Source: the human T2T-CHM13v2.0 reference genome, Homo sapiens. Taken from it: 64,000 bases of DNA. A program made the position numbers and the translations under genes. A model generated the notes under the pieces. The model ran no database searches. It saw only the letters and a list, made by a program, of their open reading frames with translations, and was not told where the DNA came from. Position 1 is the first letter of the stretch; each line of letters starts with the position of its first letter. The DNA is taken from the NCBI RefSeq assembly GCF_009914755.1, contig NC_060943.1. The stretch is one strand, 5' to 3'. Shown here piece after piece: positions 40,101 to 53,700 of this stretch.

Positions 40101-41766
40101 TCAACTCACAGAGTTTAACCTTTCTTTTCATAGAGCAGTTAGTAAACACTCTGTTTGTAAAGTCTGCAAGTGGATATTCAGACATCCTTGAGGCTTTCGT
40201 TGGAAACGGGATTTCTTCATATTGTGCTAGAAAGAAGAATTCTCAGTAACTTCCTTGTGTTGTGTGTATTCAACTCACAGAGTTGAACGATCCTTTACAC
40301 AGAGCAGACTTGAAACACTCCTTTTGTGGAATTTGCAAGTGGAGATTTCAGCCGCTTTGAGGTCAATGGTAGAATAGGAAATATCTTCCTATAGAAACTA
40401 GACAGAATGATTCTCAGAAACTCCTTTGTGATGTGTGCGTTCAACTCACAGAGTTTAACCTTTCTTTTCATAGAGCAGTTGGGAAACACTCTGTTTGTAA
40501 AGTCTGCAAGTGGATATTCAGACATCCTTGAGGCTTTCGTTGGAAACGGGATTTCTTCATATTCTGCTAGAAAGAAGAATTCTCAGTAACTTCCTTGTGT
40601 TGTGTGTATTCAACTCACAGAGTTGAACGATCCTTTACACAGAGCAGACTTGAAACACTCTTTTTGTGGAATTTGCAAGTGGAGATTTCAGCCGCTTTGA
40701 GGTCAATGGTAGAATAGGAAATATCTTCCTATAGAAAGTAGACAGAATGATTCTCAGAAACTCCTTTGTGATGTGTGCGTTCAACTCACAGAGTTTAACC
40801 TTTCTTTTCATAGAGCAGTTAGGAAACACTCTGTTTGTAAAGTCTGCAAGTGGATATTCAGACCTCCTTGAGGCCTTCGTTGGAAACGGGATTTCTTCAT
40901 ATTATGCTAGACAGAAGAATTCTCAGTAACTTCCTTGTGTTGTGTGTATTCAACTCACAGAGTTGAACGATCCTTTACACAGAGCAGACTTGAAACACTC
41001 TTTTTGTGGAATTTGCAAGTGGAGATTTCAGCCGCTTTGAGTTCAATGGTAGAATAGGAAATATCTTCCTATAGAAACTAGACAGAATGATTCTCAGAAA
41101 CTCCTTTGTGATGTGTGCGTTCAACTCACAGAGTTCAACCTTTCTTTTCATAGAGCAGTTGGGAAACACTCTGTTTGTAAAGTCTGCAAGTGGATATTCA
41201 GACTTCTTTGAGGCCTTCGTTGGAAGCGGGATTTCTTCATATTCTGCTAGACAGAAGAATTCTCAGTAACTTCCTTGTGTTGTGTGTATTCAACTCACAG
41301 AGTTGAACGATCCTTTACACAGAGCAGACTTGAAACACTCCTTTTGTGGAATTTGCAAGTGGAGATTTCAGCCGCTTTGAGGTCAATGGTAGAATAGGAA
41401 ATATCTTCCTATAGAAACTAGACAGAATGATTCTCAGAAACTCCTTTGTGATGTGTGCGTTCAACTCACAGAGTTTAACCTCTCTTTTCATAGAGCAGTT
41501 GGGAAACACTCTGTTTGTAAAGTCTGCAAGTGGATATTCAGACATCCTTGAGGCTTTCGTTGGAAACGGGATTTCTTCATATTCTGCTAGAAAGAAGAAT
41601 TCTCAGTAACTTCCTTGTGTTGTGTGTATTCAACTCACAGAGTTGCACGATCCTTTACACAGAGCAGACTTGAAACACTCTTTTTGTGGAATTTGCAAGT
41701 GGAGATTTCAGCCGCTTTGAGGTCAATGGTAGAATAGGAAATATCTTCCTATAGAAACTAGACAGA
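24767..41766 (+). repeat. Large tandem duplication (~9.2-kb unit, 24767-33946 and 33947-41766) with whole-dimer indels
   Basis: Paired rare markers: TGAAACACCC 25351/34531 (offset 9180), TGAAAACGGG 28301/37821 and CGGAAACACT 29941/39461 (offset 9520), AGTAAACACT 32321/40141 (offset 7820). Confidence 0.9.
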
Positions 41767-44700
41767 ATGATTCTCAGAAACTCCTTTGTGATGTGTGCGT
41801 TCAACTCACAGAGTTCAACATTTCTTTTCATAGAGCAGTTGGGAAACACTCTGTTTGTAAAGTCTGCAAGTGGATATTCAGACTTCTTTGAGGCCTTCGT
41901 TGGAAGCGGGATTTCTTCATATTCTGCTAGACAGAAGAATTCTCAGTAACTGCCTTGTGTTGTGTGTATTCAACTCACAGAGTTGAACGATCCTATACAC
42001 AGAGCAGACTTGAAACACTCTTTTTGTGGAATTTGCAAGTGGAGATTTCAGCCGCTTTGAGGTCAATGGTAGAATAGGAAATATCTTACTATAGAAACTA
42101 GACAGAATGATTCTCAGAAACTCCTTTGTGATGTGTGCGTTCAACTCACAGAGTTTACCCTTTCTTTTCATAGAGCAGTTAGGAAACACTCTGTTTGTAA
42201 AGTCTGCAAGTGGATATTCAGACATCCTTGAGGCTTTCGTTGGAAACGGGATTTCTTCATATTCTGCCAGAAAGAAGAATTCTCAGTAACTTCCTTGTGT
42301 TGTGTGTATTCAACTCACAGAGTTGCACGATCCTTTACACAGAGCAGACTTGAAACACTCTTTTTGTGGAATTTGCAAGTGGAGATTTCAGCCGCTTTGA
42401 GGTCAATGGTAGAATAGGAAATATCTTCCTATAGACACTAGACAGAATGATTCTCAGAAACTCCTTTGTGATGTGTGCGTTCAACTCACAGAGTTTAACC
42501 TTTCTTTTCATAGAGCAGTTAGGAAACACTCTGTTTGTACAGTCTGCAAGTGGATATTCAGACATCCTTGAGGCTTTCGTTGGAAACGGGATTTCTTCAT
42601 ATTCTGCTAGAAAGAAGAATTCTCAGTAACTTCCTTGTGTTGTGTGTATTCAACTCACAGAGTTGAACGATCCTTTACACAGAGCAGACTTGAAACACTC
42701 TTTTTGTGGAATTTGCAAGTGGAGATTTCAGCCGCTGTGAGGTCAATGGTAGAATAGGACATATCTTCCTATAGAAACTAGACAGAATGATTCTCAGAAA
42801 CTCCTTTGTGATGTGTGCGTTCAACTCACAGAGTTTAACCTTTCTTTTCATAGAGCAGTTGGGAAACACTCTGTTTGTAAAGTCTGCAAGTGGATATTCA
42901 GACATCCTTGAGGCTTTCATTGGAAACGGGATTTCTTCATATTCTGCTAGAAAGAAGAATTCTCAGTAACTTCCTTGTGTTGTGTGTATTCAACTCACAG
43001 AGTTGAACGATCCTTTACACAGAGCAGACTTGAAACACTCTTTTTGTGGAATTTGCAAGTGGAGATTTCAGCCGCTTTGAGGTCAATGGTAGAATAGGAA
43101 ATATCTTCCTATAGAAACTAGACAGAATGATTCTCAGAAACTCCTTTGTGATGTGTGCGTTCAACTCACACAGTTTAACCTTTCTTTTCATAGAGCAGTT
43201 AGGAAACACTCTGTTTGTAAAGTCTGCAAGTGGATATTCAGACCTCCTTGAGGCCTTCGTTGGAAACGGGATTTCTTCATATTATGCTAGACAGAAGAAT
43301 TCTCAGTAACTTCCTTGTGTTGTGTGTATTCAACTCACAGAGTTGAACGATCCTTTACACTGAGCAGACTTGAAACACTCTTTTTGTGGAATTTGCAAGT
43401 GGAGATTTCAGCCGCTTTGAGTTCAATGGTAGAATAGGAAATATCTTCCTATAGAAACTAGACAGAATGATTCTCAGAAACTCCTTTGTGATGTGTGCGT
43501 TCAACTCACAGAGTTCAACCTTTCTTTTCATAGAGCAGTTGGGAAACACTCTGTTTGTAAAGTCTGCAAGTGGATATTCAGACTTCTTTGAGGCCTTCGT
43601 TGGAAGCGGGATTTCTTCATATTCTGCTAGACAGAAGAATTCTCAGAAACTTCCTTGTGATGTGTGTTTTCAACTCACAGAGTTGAACGATCCTTTACAC
43701 AGAGCAGACTTGAAACACTCCTTTTGTGGAATTTGCAAGTGGAGATTTCAGCCGCTTTGAGGTCAATGGTAGAATAGGAAATATCTTCCTATAGAAACTA
43801 GACAGAATGATTCTCAGAAACTCCTTTGTGATGTGTGCGTTCAACTCACAGAGTTTAACCTTTCTTTTCATAGAGCAGTTAGGAAACACTCTGTTTGTAA
43901 AGTCTGCAAGTGGATATTCCGACATCCTTGAGGCTTTCGTTGGAAACGGGATTTCTTCATATTCTGCTAGAAAGAAGAATTCTCAGTAACTTCCTTGTGT
44001 TGTGTGTATTCAACTCACAGAGTTGAACGATCCTTTACACAGAGCAGACTTGAAACACTCTTTTTGTGGAATTTGCAAGTGGAGATTTCAGCCGCTTTGA
44101 GTTCAATGGTAGAATAGGAAATATCTTCCTATAGAAACTAGACAGAATGATTCTCAGAAACTCCTTTGTGATGTGTGCGTTCAACTCACAGAGTTCAACC
44201 TTTCTTTTCATAGAGCAGTTGGGAAACACTCTGTTTGTAAAGTCTGCAAGTGGATATTCAGACTTCTTTGAGGCCTTCGTTGGAAGCGGGATTTCTTCAT
44301 ATTCTGCTAGACAGAAGAATTCTCAGTAACTTCCTTGTGTTGTGTGTTTTCAACTCACAGAGTTGAACGATCCTTTACACAGAGCAGACTTGAAACACTC
44401 CTTTTGTGGAATTTGCAAGTGGAGATTTCAGCCGCTTTGAGGTCAATGGTAGAATAGGAAATATCTTCCTATAGAAAGTAGACAGAATGATTCTCAGAAA
44501 CTCCTTTGTGATGTGTGCGTTCAACTCACAGAGTTTAACCTTTCTTTTCATAGAGCAGTTAGGAAACACTCTGTTTGTAAAGTCTGCAAGTGGATATTCA
44601 GACCTCCTTGAGGCCTTCGTTGGAAACGGGATTTCTTCATATTCTGCTAGACAGAAGAATTCTCAGTAACTTCCTTGTGTTGTGTGTATTCAACTCACAG

Positions 44701-47700
44701 AGTTGAACGATCCTTTACACAGAGCAGACTTGAAACACTCTTTTTGTGGAATTTGCAAGTGGAGATTTCAGCCGCTTTGAGGTCAATGGTAGAATAGGAA
44801 ATATCTTCCTATAGAAACTAGACAGAATGATTCTCAGAAACTCCTTTGTGATGTGTGCGTTCAACTCACAGAGTTTAACCTTTCTTTTCATAGAGCAGTT
44901 AGGAAACACTCTGTTTGTAAAGTCTGCAAGTGGATATTCAGACATCCTTGAGGCTTTCGTTGGAAACGGGATTTCTTCATATTCTGCTAGAAAGAAGAAT
45001 TCTCAGTAACTTCCTTGTGTTGTGTGTATTCAACTCACAGAGTTGAACGATCCTTTACACAGAGCAGACTTGAAACACTCCTTTTGTGGAATTTGCAAGT
45101 GGAGATTTCAGCCGCTTTGAGGTCAATGGTAGAATAGGAAATATCTTCCTATAGAAACTAGACAGAATGATTCTCAGAAACTCCTTTGTGATGTGTGCGT
45201 TCAACTCACAGAGTTTAACCTTTCTTTTCATAGAGCAGTTGGGAAACACTCTGTTTGTAAAGTCTGCAAGTGGATATTCAGACATCCTTGAGGCTTTCGT
45301 TGGAAACGGGATTTCTTCATATTCTGCTAGAAAGAAGAATTCTCAGTAACTTCCTTGTGTTGTGTGTATTCAACTCACAGAGTTGAACGATCCTTTACAC
45401 AGAGCAGACTTGAAACACTCTTTTTGTGGAATTTGCAAGTGGAGATTTCAGCCGCTTTGAGGTCAATGGTAGAATAGGAAATATCTTCCTATAGAAACTA
45501 GACAGAATGATTCTCAGAAACTCCTTTGTGATGTGTGCGTTCAACTCACACAGTTTAACCTTTCTTTTCATAGAGCAGTTAGGAAACACTCTGTTTGTAA
45601 AGTCTGCAAGTGGATATTCAGACCTCCTTGAGGCCTTCGTTGGAAACGGGATTTCTTCATATTATGCTAGACAGAAGAATTCTCAGTAACTTCCTTGTGT
45701 TGTGTGTATTCAACTCACAGAGTTGAACGATCCTTTACACAGAGCAGACTTGAAACACTCTTTTTGTGGAATTTGCAAGTGGAGATTTCAGCCGCTTTGA
45801 GTTCAATGGTAGAATAGGAAATATCTTCCTATAGAAACTAGACAGAATGATTCTCAGAAACTCCTTTGTGATGTGTGCGTTCAACTCACAGAGTTCAACC
45901 TTTCTTTTCATAGAGCAGTTGGGAAACACTCTGTTTGTAAAGTCTGCAAGTGGATATTCAGACTTCTTTGAGGCCTTCGTTGGAAGCGGGATTTCTTCAT
46001 ATTCTCCTAGACAGAAGAATTCTCAGAAACTTCCTTGTGTTGTGTGTTTTCAACTCACAGAGTTGAACGATCCTTTACACAGAGCAGACTTGAAACACTC
46101 CTTTTGTGGAATTTGCAAGTGGAGATTTCAGCCGCTTTGAGGTCAATGGTAGAATAGGAAATATCTTCCTATAGAAAGTAGACAGAATGATTCTCAGAAA
46201 CTCCTTTGTGATGTGTGCGTTCAACTCACAGAGTTTAACCTTTCTTTTCATAGAGCAGTTAGGAAACACTCTGTTTGTAAAGTCTGCAAGTGGATATTCA
46301 GACCTCCTTGAGGCCTTCGTTGGAAACGGGATTTCTTCATATTCTGCTAGACAGAAGAATTCTCAGTAACTTCCTTGTGTTGTGTGTATTCAACTCACAG
46401 AGTTGAACGATCCTTTACACAGAGCAGACTTGAAACACTCTTTTTGTGGAATTTGCAAGTGGAGATTTCAGCCGCTTTGAGGTCAATGGTAGAATAGGAA
46501 ATATCTTCCTATAGAAACTAGACAGAATGATTCTCAGAAACTCCTTTGTGATGTGTGCGTTCAACTCACAGAGTTTAACCTTTCTTTTCATAGAGCAGTT
46601 AGGAAACACTCTGTTTGTAAAGTCTGCAAGTGGATATTCAGACCTCCTTGAGGCCTTCGTTGGAAACGGGATTTCTTCATATTATGCTAGACAGAAGAAT
46701 TCTCAGTAACTTCCTTGTGTTGTGTGTATTCAACTCACAGAGTTGAACGATCCTTTACACAGAGCAGACTTGAAACACTCTTTTTGTGGAATTTGCAAGT
46801 GGAGATTTCAGCCGCTTTGAGTTCAATGGTAGAATAGGAAATATCTTCCTATAGAAACTAGACGGAATGATTCTCAGAAACTCCTTTGTGATGTGTGCGT
46901 TCAACTCACAGAGTTCAACCTTTCTTTTCATAGAGCAGTTGGGAAACACTCTGTTTGTAAAGTCTGCAAGTGGATATTCAGACTTCTTTGAGGCCTTCGT
47001 TGGAAGCGGGATTTCTTCATATTCTGCTAGACAGAAGAATTCTCAGAAACTTCCTTGTGTTGTGTGTTTTCAACTCACAGAGTTGAACGATCCTTTACAC
47101 AGAGCAGACTTGAAACACTCCTTTTGTGGAATTTGCAAGTGGAGATTTCAGCCGCTTTGAGGTCAATGGTAGAATAGGAAATATCTTCCTATAGAAAGTA
47201 GACAGAATGATTCTCAGAAACTCCTTTGTGATGTGTGCGTTCAACTCACAGAGTTTAACCTTTCTTTTCATAGAGCAGTTAGGAAACACTCTGTTTGTAA
47301 AGTCTGCAAGTGGATATTCAGACCTCCTTGAGGCCTTCGTTGGAAACGGGATTTCTTCATATTCTGCTAGACAGAAGAATTCTCAGTAACTTCCTTGTGT
47401 TGTGTGTATTCAACTCACAGAGTTGAACGATCCTTTACACAGAGCAGACTTGAAACACTCTTTTTGTGGAATTTGCAAGTGGAGATTTCAGCCGCTTTGA
47501 GGTCAATGGTAGAATAGGAAATATCTTCCTATAGAAACTAGACAGAATGATTCTCAGAAACTCCTTTGTGATGTGTGCGTTCAACTCACAGAGTTTAACC
47601 TTTCTTTTCATAGAGCAGTTAGGAAACACTCTGTTTGTAAAGTCTGCAAGTGGATATTCAGACATCCTTGAGGCTTTCGTTGGAAACGGGATTTCTTCAT

Positions 47701-50700
47701 ATTCTGCTAGAAAGAAGAATTCTCAGTAACTTCCTTGTGTTGTGTGTATTCAACTCACAGAGTTGAACGATCCTTTACACAGAGCAGACTTGAAACACTC
47801 TTTTTGTGGAATTTGCAAGTGGAGATTTCAGCCGCTTTGAGTTCAATGGTAGAATAGGAAATATCTTCCTATAGAAACTAGACAGAATGATTCTCAGAAA
47901 CTCCTTTGTGATGTGTGCGTTCAACTCACAGAGTTCAACCTTTCTTTTCATAGAGCAGTTGGGAAACACTCTGTTTGTAAAGTCTGCAAGTGGATATTCA
48001 GACTTCTTTGAGGCCTTCGTTGGAAGCGGGATTTCTTCATATTCTGCTAGACAGAAGAATTCTCAGAAACTTCCTTGTGTTGTGTGTTTTCAACTCACAG
48101 AGTTGAACGATCCTTTACACAGAGCAGACTTGAAACACTCTTTTTGTGGAATTTGCAAGTGGAGATTTCAGCCGCTTTGAGGTCAATGGTAGAATAGGAA
48201 ATATCTTCCTATAGAAAGTAGACAGAATGATTCTCAGAAACTCCTTTGTGATGTGTGCGTTAAACTCACATAGTTTAACCTTTCTTTTCATAGAGCAGTT
48301 AGGAAACACTCTGATTGTAAAGTCTGCAAGTGGATATTCAGACCTCCTTGAGGCCTTCGTTGGAAACGGGATTTCTTCATATTCTGCTAGACAGAAGAAT
48401 TCTCAGTAACTTCCTTGTGTTGTGTGTATTCAACTCACAGAGTTGAACGATCCTTTACACAGAGCAGACTTGAAACACTCTTTTTGTGGAATTTGCAAGT
48501 GGAGATTTCAGCCGCTTTGAGGTCAATGGTAGAATAGGAAATATCTTCCTATAGAAACTAGACAGAATGATTCTCAGAAACTCCTTTGTGATGTGTGCGT
48601 TCAACTCACAGAGTTTAACCTTTCTTTTCATAGAGCAGTTAGGAAACACTCTGTTTGTAAAGTCTGCAAGTGGATATTCAGACATCCTTGAGGCTTTCGT
48701 TGGAAACGGGATTTCTTCATATTCTGCTAGAAAGAAGAATTCTCAGTAACTTCCTTGTGTTGTGTGTATTCAACTCACAGAGTTGAACGATCCTTTACAC
48801 AGAGCAGACTTGAAACACTCCTTTTGTGGAATTTGCAAGTGGAGATTTCAGCCGCTTTGAGGTCAATGGTAGAATAGGAAATATCTTCCTATAGAAACTA
48901 GACAGAATGATTCTCAGAAACTCCTTTGTGATGTGTGCGTTCAACTCACAGAGTTTAACCTTTCTTTTCATAGAGCAGTTGGGAAACACTCTGTTTGTAA
49001 AGTCTGCAAGTGGATATTCAGACATCCTTGAGGCTTTCGTTGGAAACGGGATTTCTTCATATTCTGCTAGAAAGAAGAATTCTCAGTAACTTCCTTGTGT
49101 TGTGTGTATTCAACTCACAGAGTTGAACGATCCTTTACACAGAGCAGACTTGAAACACTCTTTTTGTGGAATTTGCAAGTGGAGATTTCAGCCGCTTTGA
49201 GGTCAATGGTAGAATAGGAAATATCTTCCTATAGAAACTAGACAGAATGATTCTCAGAAACTCCTTTGTGATGTGTGCGTTCAACTCACACAGTTTAACC
49301 TTTCTTTTCATAGAGCAGTTAGGAAACACTCTGTTTGTAAAGTCTGCAAGTGGATATTCAGACCTCCTTGAGGCCTTCGTTGGAAACGGGATTTCTTCAT
49401 ATTATGCTAGACAGAAGAATTCTCAGTAACTTCCTTGTGTTGTGTGTATTCAACTCACAGAGTTGAACGATCCTTTACACAGAGCAGACTTGAAACACTC
49501 TTTTTGTGGAATTTGCAAGTGGAGATTTCAGCCGCTTTGAGTTCAATGGTAGAATAGGAAATATCTTCCTATAGAAACTAGACAGAATGATTCTCAGAAA
49601 CTCCTTTGTGATGTGTGCGTTCAACTCACAGAGTTCAACCTTTCTTTTCATAGAGCAGTTGGGAAACACTCTGTTTGTAAAGTCTGCAAGTGGATATTCA
49701 GACTTCTTTGAGGCCTTCGTTGGAAGCGGGATTTCTTCATATTCTCCTAGACAGAAGAATTCTCAGAAACTTCCTTGTGTTGTGTGTTTTCAACTCACAG
49801 AGTTGAACGATCCTTTACACAGAGCAGACTTGAAACACTCCTTTTGTGGAATTTGCAAGTGGAGATTTCAGCCGCTTTGAGGTCAATGGTAGAATAGGAA
49901 ATATCTTCCTATAGAAAGTAGACAGAATGATTCTCAGAAACTCCTTTGTGATGTGTGCGTTCAACTCACAGAGTTTAACCTTTCTTTTCATAGAGCAGTT
50001 AGGAAACACTCTGTTTGTAAAGTCTGCAAGTGGATATTCAGACCTCCTTGAGGCCTTCGTTGGAAACGGGATTTCTTCATATTCTGCTAGACAGAAGAAT
50101 TCTCAGTAACTTCCTTGTGTTGTGTGTATTCAACTCACAGAGTTGAACGATCCTTTACACAGAGCAGACTTGAAACACTCTTTTTGTGGAATTTGCAAGT
50201 GGAGATTTCAGCCGCTTTGAGGTCAATGGTAGAATAGGAAATATCTTCCTATAGAAACTAGACAGAATGATTCTCAGAAACTCCTTTGTGATGTGTGCGT
50301 TCAACTCACAGAGTTTAACCTTTCTTTTCATAGAGCAGTTAGGAAACACTCTGTTTGTAAAGTCTGCAAGTGGATATTCAGACATCCTTGAGGCTTTCGT
50401 TGGAAACGGGATTTCTTCATATTCTGCTAGAAAGAAGAATTCTCAGTAACTTCCTTGTGTTGTGTGTATTCAACTCACAGAGTTGAACGATCCTTTACAC
50501 AGAGCAGACTTGAAACACTCTTTTTGTGGAATTTGCAAGTGGAGATTTCAGCCGCTTTGAGTTCAATGGTAGAATAGGAAATATCTTCCTATAGAAACTA
50601 GACAGAATGATTCTCAGAAACTCCTTTGTGATGTGTGCGTTCAACTCACAGAGTTCAACCTTTCTTTTCATAGAGCAGTTGGGAAACACTCTGTTTGTAA

Positions 50701-53700
50701 AGTCTGCAAGTGGATATTCAGACTTCTTTGAGGCCTTCGTTGGAAGCGGGATTTCTTCATATTCTGCTAGACAGAAGAATTCTCAGAAACTTCCTTGTGT
50801 TGTGTGTTTTCAACTCACAGAGTTGAACGATCCTTTACACAGAGCAGACTTGAAACACTCCTTTTGTGGAATTTGCAAGTGGAGATTTCAGCCGCTTTGA
50901 GGTCAATGGTAGAATAGGAAATATCTTCCTATAGAAAGTAGACAGAATGATTCTCAGAAACTCCTTTGTGATGTGTGCGTTCAACTCACAGAGTTTAACC
51001 TTTCTTTTCATAGAGCAGTTAGGAAACACTCTGTTTGTAAAGTCTGCAAGTGGATATTCAGACCTCCTTGAGGCCTTCGTTGGAAACGGGATTTCCTCAT
51101 ATTCTGCTAGACAGAAGAATTCTCAGTAACTTCCTTGTGTTGTGTGTATTCAACTCACAGAGTTGAACGATCCTTTACACAGAGCAGACATGAAACACTC
51201 TTTTTGTGGAATTTGCAAGTGGAGATTTCAGCCGCTTTGAGGTCAATGGTAGAATAGGAAATATCTTCCTATAGAAACTAGACAGAATGATTCTCAGAAA
51301 CTCCTTTGTGATGTGTGCGTTCAACTCACAGAGTTTAACCTTTCTTTTCATAGAGCAGTTAGGAAACACTCTGTTTGTAAAGTCTGCAAGTGGATATTCA
51401 GACATCCTTGAGGCTTTCGTTGGAAACGGGATTTCTTCATATTCTGCTAGAAAGAAGAATTCTCAGTAACTTCCTTGTGTTGTGTGTATTCAACTCACAG
51501 AGTTGAACGATCCTTTACACAGAGCAGACTTGAAACACTCCTTTTGTGGAATTTGCAAGTGGAGATTTCAGCCGCTTTGAGGTCAATGGTAGAATAGGAA
51601 ATATCTTCCTATAGAAACTAGACAGAATGATTCTCAGAAACTCCTTTGTGATGTGTGCGTTCAACTCACAGAGTTTAACCTTTCTTTTCATAGAGCAGTT
51701 GGGAAACACTCTGTTTGTAAAGTCTGCAAGTGGATATTCAGACATCCTTGAGGCTTTCGTTGGAAACGGGATTTCTTCATATTCTGCTAGAAAGAAGAAT
51801 TCTCAGTAACTTCCTTGTGTTGTGTGTATTCAACTCACAGAGTTGAACGATCCTTTACACAGAGCAGACTTGAAACACTCTTTTTGTGGAATTTGCAAGT
51901 GGAGATTTCAGCCGCTTTGAGGTCAATGGTAGAATAGGAAATATCTTCCTATAGAAACTAGACAGAATGATTCTCAGAAACTCCTTTGTGATGTGTGCGT
52001 TCAACTCACAGAGTTTAACCTTTCTTTTCATAGAGCAGTTGGGAAACACTCTGTTTGTAAAGTCTGCAAGTGGATATTCCGACATCCTTGAGGCTTTCGT
52101 TGGAAACGGGATTTCTTCATATTCTGCTAGAAAGAAGAATTCTCAGTAACTTCCTTGTGTTGTGTGTATTCAACTCACAGAGTTGAACGATCCTTTATAC
52201 AGAGCAGACTTGAAACACTCTTTTTGTGGAATTTGCAAGTGGAGATTTCAGCCGCTTTGAGGTCAATGGTAGAATAGGAAATATCTTCCTATAGAAACTA
52301 GACAGAATGATTCTCAGAAACTCCTTTGTGATGTGTGCGTTCAACTCACACAGTTTAACCTTTCTTTTCATAGAGCAGTTAGGAAACACTCTGTTTGTAA
52401 AGTCTGCAAGTGGATATTCAGACCTCCTTGAGGCCTTCGTTGGAAACGGGATTTCTTCATATTATGCTAGACAGAAGAATTCTCAGTAACTTCCTTGTGT
52501 TGTGTGTATTCAACTCACAGAGTTGAACGATCCTTTACACAGAGCAGACTTGAAACACTCTTTTTGTGGAATTTGCAAGTGGAGATTTCAGCCGCTTTGA
52601 GTTCAATGGTAGAATAGGAAATATCTTCCTATAGAAACTAGACAGAATGATTCTCAGAAACTCCTTTGTGATGTGTGCGTTCAACTCACAGAGTTCAACC
52701 TTTCTTTTCATAGAGAAGTTGGGAAACACTCTGTTTGTAAAGTCTGCAAGTGGATATTCAGACTTCTTTGAGGCCTTCGTTGGAAGCGGGATTTCTTCAT
52801 ATTCTGCTAGACAGAAGAATTCTCAGAAACTTCCTTGTGTTGTGTGTTTTCAACTCACAGAGTTGAACGATCCTTTACACAGAGCAGACTTGAAACACTC
52901 CTTTTGTGGAATTTGCAAGTGGAGATTTCAGCCGCTTTGAGGTCAATGGTAGAATAGGAAATATCTTCCTATAGAAAGTAGACAGAATGATTCTCAGAAA
53001 CTCCTTTGTGATGTGTGCGTTCAACTCACAGAGTTTAACCTTTCTTTTCATAGAGCAGTTAGGAAACACTCTGTTTGTAAAGTCTGCAAGTGGATATTCA
53101 GACCTCCTTGAGGCCTTCGTTGGAAACGGGATTTCTTCATATTATGCTAGACAGAAGAATTCTCAGTAACTTCCTTGTGTTGTGTGTATTCAACTCACAG
53201 AGTTGAACGATCCTTTACACAGAGCAGACTTGAAACACTCTTTTTGTGGAATTTGCAAGTGGAGATTTCAGCCGCTTTGAGTTCAATGGTAGAATAGGAA
53301 ATATCTTCCTATAGAAACTAGACAGAATGATTCTCAGAAACTCCTTTGTGATGTGTGCGTTCAACTCACAGAGTTCAACCTTTCTTTTCATAGAGCAGTT
53401 GGGAAACACTCTGTTTGTAAAGTCTGCAAGTGGATATTCAGACTTCTTTGAGGCCTTCGTTGGAAGCGGGATTTCTTCATATTCTGCTAGACAGAAGAAT
53501 TCTCAGTAACTGCCTTGTGTTGTGTGTATTCAACTCACAGAGTTGAACGATCCTTTACACAGAGCAGACTTGAAACACTCTTTTTGTGGAATTTGCAAGT
53601 GGAGATTTCAGCCGCTTTGAGGTCAATGGTAGAATAGGAAATATCTTCCTATAGAAACTAGACAGAATGATTCTCAGAAACTCCTTTGTGATGTGTGCGT

